Assembly: GCA_032718475.1 (NCBI GenBank)
Contig: JAUCBJ010009144.1
Span: 1 to 64,000 of the forward strand
From: Nemertoderma westbladi
Lineage: Eukaryota; Animalia; Xenacoelomorpha
DNA length: 64,000 bases
Direction of reading: 5' to 3'
Positions 60,042 through 64,000 of the stretch are shown piece after piece. The notes below the pieces were generated by a model. That model worked only from the letters and a program-made list of their open reading frames with translations. It ran no database searches and had not been told where the DNA came from. The translations under genes were made by a program, and so were the position numbers. Every line of letters begins with the position of its first letter. Position 1 is the stretch's first letter.

Positions 60042-60596
60042 CGCTCTAACCTCCTACCCATAGCCTAAGATCTAGGGTTTCTTTAATGACACGCTGCTTC
60101 TTATCTAAAATTTTTTGCCGAAATAAAAACGAATTTGGGCTAAACTGGCTGTGAGTCTAAAATACTCACTTTTTGATCCCAAACTATTATCAGAAAATAA
60201 GCAGTCAAGAATTAGTAATAAATATAGGGGAGTCTATTTATTGACGTAACTTATTGAAACAAGACCGTGTAAAATTTAATTAAAATTTTAAGAAAGGCTC
60301 GCAAGTCTTCCTCTCTTGTTTCTCTAATTTTAAGTTCCACCCGACTGTACCCTGAAATCTATTCACTGGAGAAAATTTTTAAAAAATTTTTTCAAATCCA
60401 AATGGATTGTCTAAATTTCGAAATGTCTCAATATTGTGAGTTCCAAGTAGAATTCCATTTCTTATACCTACAAATCCCGCTCCTATGTGACACATAAGGG
60501 TACTACCCTCAATGTTCACATATAAAGACAATGGAATTCTACCGCTGTCCTTACTACAGTGTACAGGTATGTGGAAATCTATTTGTAAACTCCTAA

Positions 60597-63500
60597 TTAT
60601 TTACTAGTATTAGGTGGAGATTTGTAGTCTCCAGACTCGTTACGAGTCTCTTCAAGAAGTACGAGACGTTGAGTCGGTCTGTCTACTGTACGACCGTCAA
60701 TTGTCCGTACCGTCACAGTTCTTGTCACTCCATCCATAGATGGATGTGTGGCTAAAATTACACCTGTTATCCAGAAGCGTCTTTTTAGATTCACTTCTGC
60801 TAACAGCACGTGATCTCCCGGCTTTAATGCGCGGGTGTTATTGTACCAAGTTGTTCTGGCAGAAATAGAGGGCAAATAATGGTTTTGCCATATTTCCCAG
60901 AATTTGTTAGCCAGTAGTTGCGTGATTTTCCACGCTTTTCTACCGTAGCTGTCGCTTTCTATTGGAATAGAAATCGGCGTCAAAGTGGTCGGTGCCTGCA
61001 TTAGCAGGTGTGCCGGTGTCAAAGCAAATTGAGATTGTTTGTCATCGGGTACTAATACTATTGGTCTAGTATTTAGTATTGCCTCGATTTCAACAAACAA
61101 TGTTGTCAGTTGGTCGTCTGTTAATATGTGGTTTACTGGAATGACCTTTGCCATTGCCGTCTTTATAGATCTAATCAATCTCTCCCAGACTCCGCCTCTC
61201 CAAGGACTATCTGGAGGATTAAACTTCCAAACAATCTTGTGAGGTTGTAGTTCGTTCGAGATTTGATCATGATCTAATTTCTTAAAGGCTCTAGCAATCT
61301 CATTTCGAGCACCAACAAAGTTTGTCCCTTGGTCTGAGTACAAGCATTTTACTAGTCCGCGTCTAGCGATAAATCGCCGCAGTGCTAGTATAAACGCGTT
61401 GGTGGAAAGATCCATCACACGTTCAATGTGAACTGCCCTACTGGACATACATGTGAAAATCAGTCCCCAGCGTTTTACTAGTATACGTCCACGTTTCGTA
61501 TGTATGGGACCAAAGCAATCAATTCCAGTCTCTGTAAAAGGTGGTCTGAATGCTTGAAGTCGTGCTTGTGGTAGTTCACTCATTTCTTGGGTACCTATTC
61601 TAGAATGTACCTTTTTACAAATAATACACGTACGTGTCACTGAACTTAACGCTTTACTGGGTCTAATTAATACAAATCTTGTACGTAAGTAGGAAAGACA
61701 GTGGTGTCTTCCAGCGTGTTTCAGATGTAAATGTGCGTCCAGTATCATTGCACGTTGTAGTTCGTGGTGTTGCGGTATTATTATTGGGTACCTAAAGTTT
61801 GTGTTAAAGTCAATGTTTTGAAGCCGAGATTTATGACAAATTAAGCCATTATAAATAATCGGACTCCAACTCAGTATTGGTGACGACTTGATTGATTGAC
61901 CTTGATTTATGGATGTGAATTCGCGCGCGAAATATCGCAGTTGATAATGGCGAATTAATTTAATCTCACACCTGTCAATCTCAGCCAATGTAAGTCGACG
62001 TGTAAAGTCACGTTTGCCTTTAACGTATTGTACAAAACGTACAATCCACGCTAATTTTCGGCAAGCGCTTGTCCAAGAATCTGTTAAGTTTACAATACGG
62101 TCGACGTAAGTATTTGTGACGTCATCAGGTAAGTCAATGGAGAACTTGGAAGGTTTTGATTTACTAGAAGGGCCCACGGGTCCGCCGGTAAGTATTCCCT
62201 TGTTGACTGTTGATCCGTCCGGGTCTACAAGTAATTTGTCCTTCTTCGTCTTCTTACCTTGATTGTCGGTACTTTGTAAGTCGATCGTTAATGGTGGTTT
62301 GAACTCTATGGGATCAGTGGGTTTCGGTAAACTTATTTTTCTGCCGATATTAATCCCAGGTTTCACCATAGGTTGCAAGTTCGGTATGTCTCTTGAGCGC
62401 AAAGTAACACCTGTATTTACATTAGCGTAGGTACTACCCACATCTGTAATACATGAGGTTTCACCGTGCTTATGGTTGCTCAAGTGTGTCAAAATTGGTA
62501 GTTTGTCAATACAAGGCCGCTCCAATAGGGAAACTGCGGCTTTATTGTTAGTCGATACATTACTAATGTCCGGTAGAACATTTTGTGATGTTTCTGACAA
62601 AATGTCTAGTCGACTGTCTAGTAATGTGTCTGGCGATACGTCTAGTAACGTATCTGGTTGTTTGTCAATAGAAGGCCGCTCCAATAGGGAAACTGCGGCT
62701 TTACTGTTTGTCAGTATGTCACTAGTGTCTGCTAGAACATTTTGTGATATGTCTGGCAAAACGTAACGTGTCTGGTTGACCGTCTAGTAACGTGTCTGGT
62801 TGACCGTCTGGTAACGCGTCTGGTTGACCGTCTGGTAACGTGTCTGGTTGACCGTCTGGTGATATGTCTGGTGTAGAAAGGCTCGCAAGTCTTCCTCTCT
62901 TGACCTTTGAAGTTATATCTTTCCATTTCGCCTTCGGTTTTTTCTTGAGTTTTGCCGCCGTCGTCTTTTTCTTTGTCTTCCCCTTTTTTGGTTTCTTGAT
63001 TTCGGCGTCCTTAGGGATAGTGTTGGATTTGTTGTCGTATAACGGAGGCCAATCTTGTGTCGATTTCTGCAAGAATTGGGGTCCGTGTTGCCAGAATTCT
63101 TTGTTCTCCGGTTTACAGAATTCCTCAGGCATCATTCCTCGCGACGCAATATCAGCTGGGTTTTGTGGTCCGGGACAATGTCGCCAATCCTCTTTTATTG
63201 AACGGTCTAGAATTTCTGCGCGACGGTTAGCTACGAATGTCTTGAATTCAAGTGTGTCGTTGTTTATGTAAAATAAAACCAACGTCGCGTCAGTCCAATA
63301 AAATATCTGTAAACTCGACTGTAGTTCTGTCTGTATGAGGTTCACGATGGTGGTTGACAGGGTTGCGGCTTGTAGCTCAGCTCGTGGTGTCGTCATATAC
63401 TTAGTAGGCATGGTCTTAGCCTTAGAAGTAATGAGCGAAACATCGAACTCGTCTGAGTCTACTTGTCTGCGCAAGTACGCTGCCACACCAAAACCGTTGT

Positions 63501-64000
63501 CACTGGCGTCAGAAAAACAGTGTAATTCCAAGTTGTCAGGAAATGTACTTTGTAATGGAAAGTAAACCCTGGGTATGAAATAATCCTCTAGCGAAGATAA
63601 TTCCGCCTCCCAGGTCTTCCATAAGTCCACTTGGTCTGATGAGATCGGCTCGTCCCATGTTAGTCCATCCTTCCAAATACTGCGCATATAAATGCGAGCT
63701 TGCAGTATTACTGGACTGATGAATCCTAACGGATCGAACAATCGGCTCAATTTTGACAAGCATGATCTCTTTGTCAGTGTGTTCTCTTGACTGTCCAGTC
63801 TCACCTTCACTCGGAAGTTGTCCGTGTTTGGGTCCCAAAAGAGCCCCAACACCTTAGTCGTCGGTAGTGGTTCGAACTCTAGGTCTATGTCACCACCTCC
63901 ACGCTCAGTCGTCCCGAATGAGTCTACTAATTCGGCACTGTTTGAGGCGAATTTGGTGAGGTTAAAACCTCCGCCCGCTAAGCAGTCCCGTAATTGATGT
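60597..64000 (-). pseudogene. Element 3 pol (RT C-terminus, RNase H, integrase), frameshift ~62760
   Basis: GGFNLTKFASN, FSDASD..YLR, PRAEL, YWTD, NPADIASRG; integrase H-H-CIIC, GIDCFGP, SDQGTNF, WERL. The frameshift lies within a 24-bp repeat tract (DGQPDTL). Confidence 0.9.

Larger units (their letters stand above)
57830..64000 (-). mobile_element. BEL/Pao LTR retrotransposon, element 3 (5' part beyond window; 3' boundary uncertain)
   Basis: End of RT, RNase H and integrase, followed by an ORF3 homologous to those of elements 1 and 2. A purine run AAAAGGGAGGGCAAGGG|TG follows the ORF3 stop. Confidence 0.88.

Overview
Repeat-rich, AT-rich animal (probably bilaterian invertebrate) genomic DNA. 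It holds two spliced host EF-hand genes in divergent orientation: a 156-aa calmodulin-like gene (- strand, 17401-19825) and EFCAB2/DRC8 (+ strand, 36103-41698). It also holds three divergent BEL/Pao-type LTR retrotransposons: a 5'-truncated one (-, ~2.9-14.0 kb), a full-length one with LTRs identical by eye (+, 43241-57445) and one running off the window end (-, ~57.8-64 kb). The main finding is that all three carry, downstream of pol in the env position, a homologous non-Env ORF. In two elements it has an RNase D/WRN-like 3'-5' exonuclease domain with an unusual YxxxE ExoIII motif. In all three it has three CCHC zinc knuckles followed by a conserved domain I do not recognise. Other observations: the full-length element has no tRNA-type PBS but has a 9-nt LTR-complementary site (possible self-priming) and no TSD; both splice sites of EFCAB2 exon 3 are tandemly amplified in frame; a 9.2-kb head-to-tail array of four non-autonomous Helitrons carries 146-bp repeats with CTCF-like motifs; there are several MITEs, SINEs and a decayed LINE. 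All calls come from reading the sequence by eye, with no database searches.
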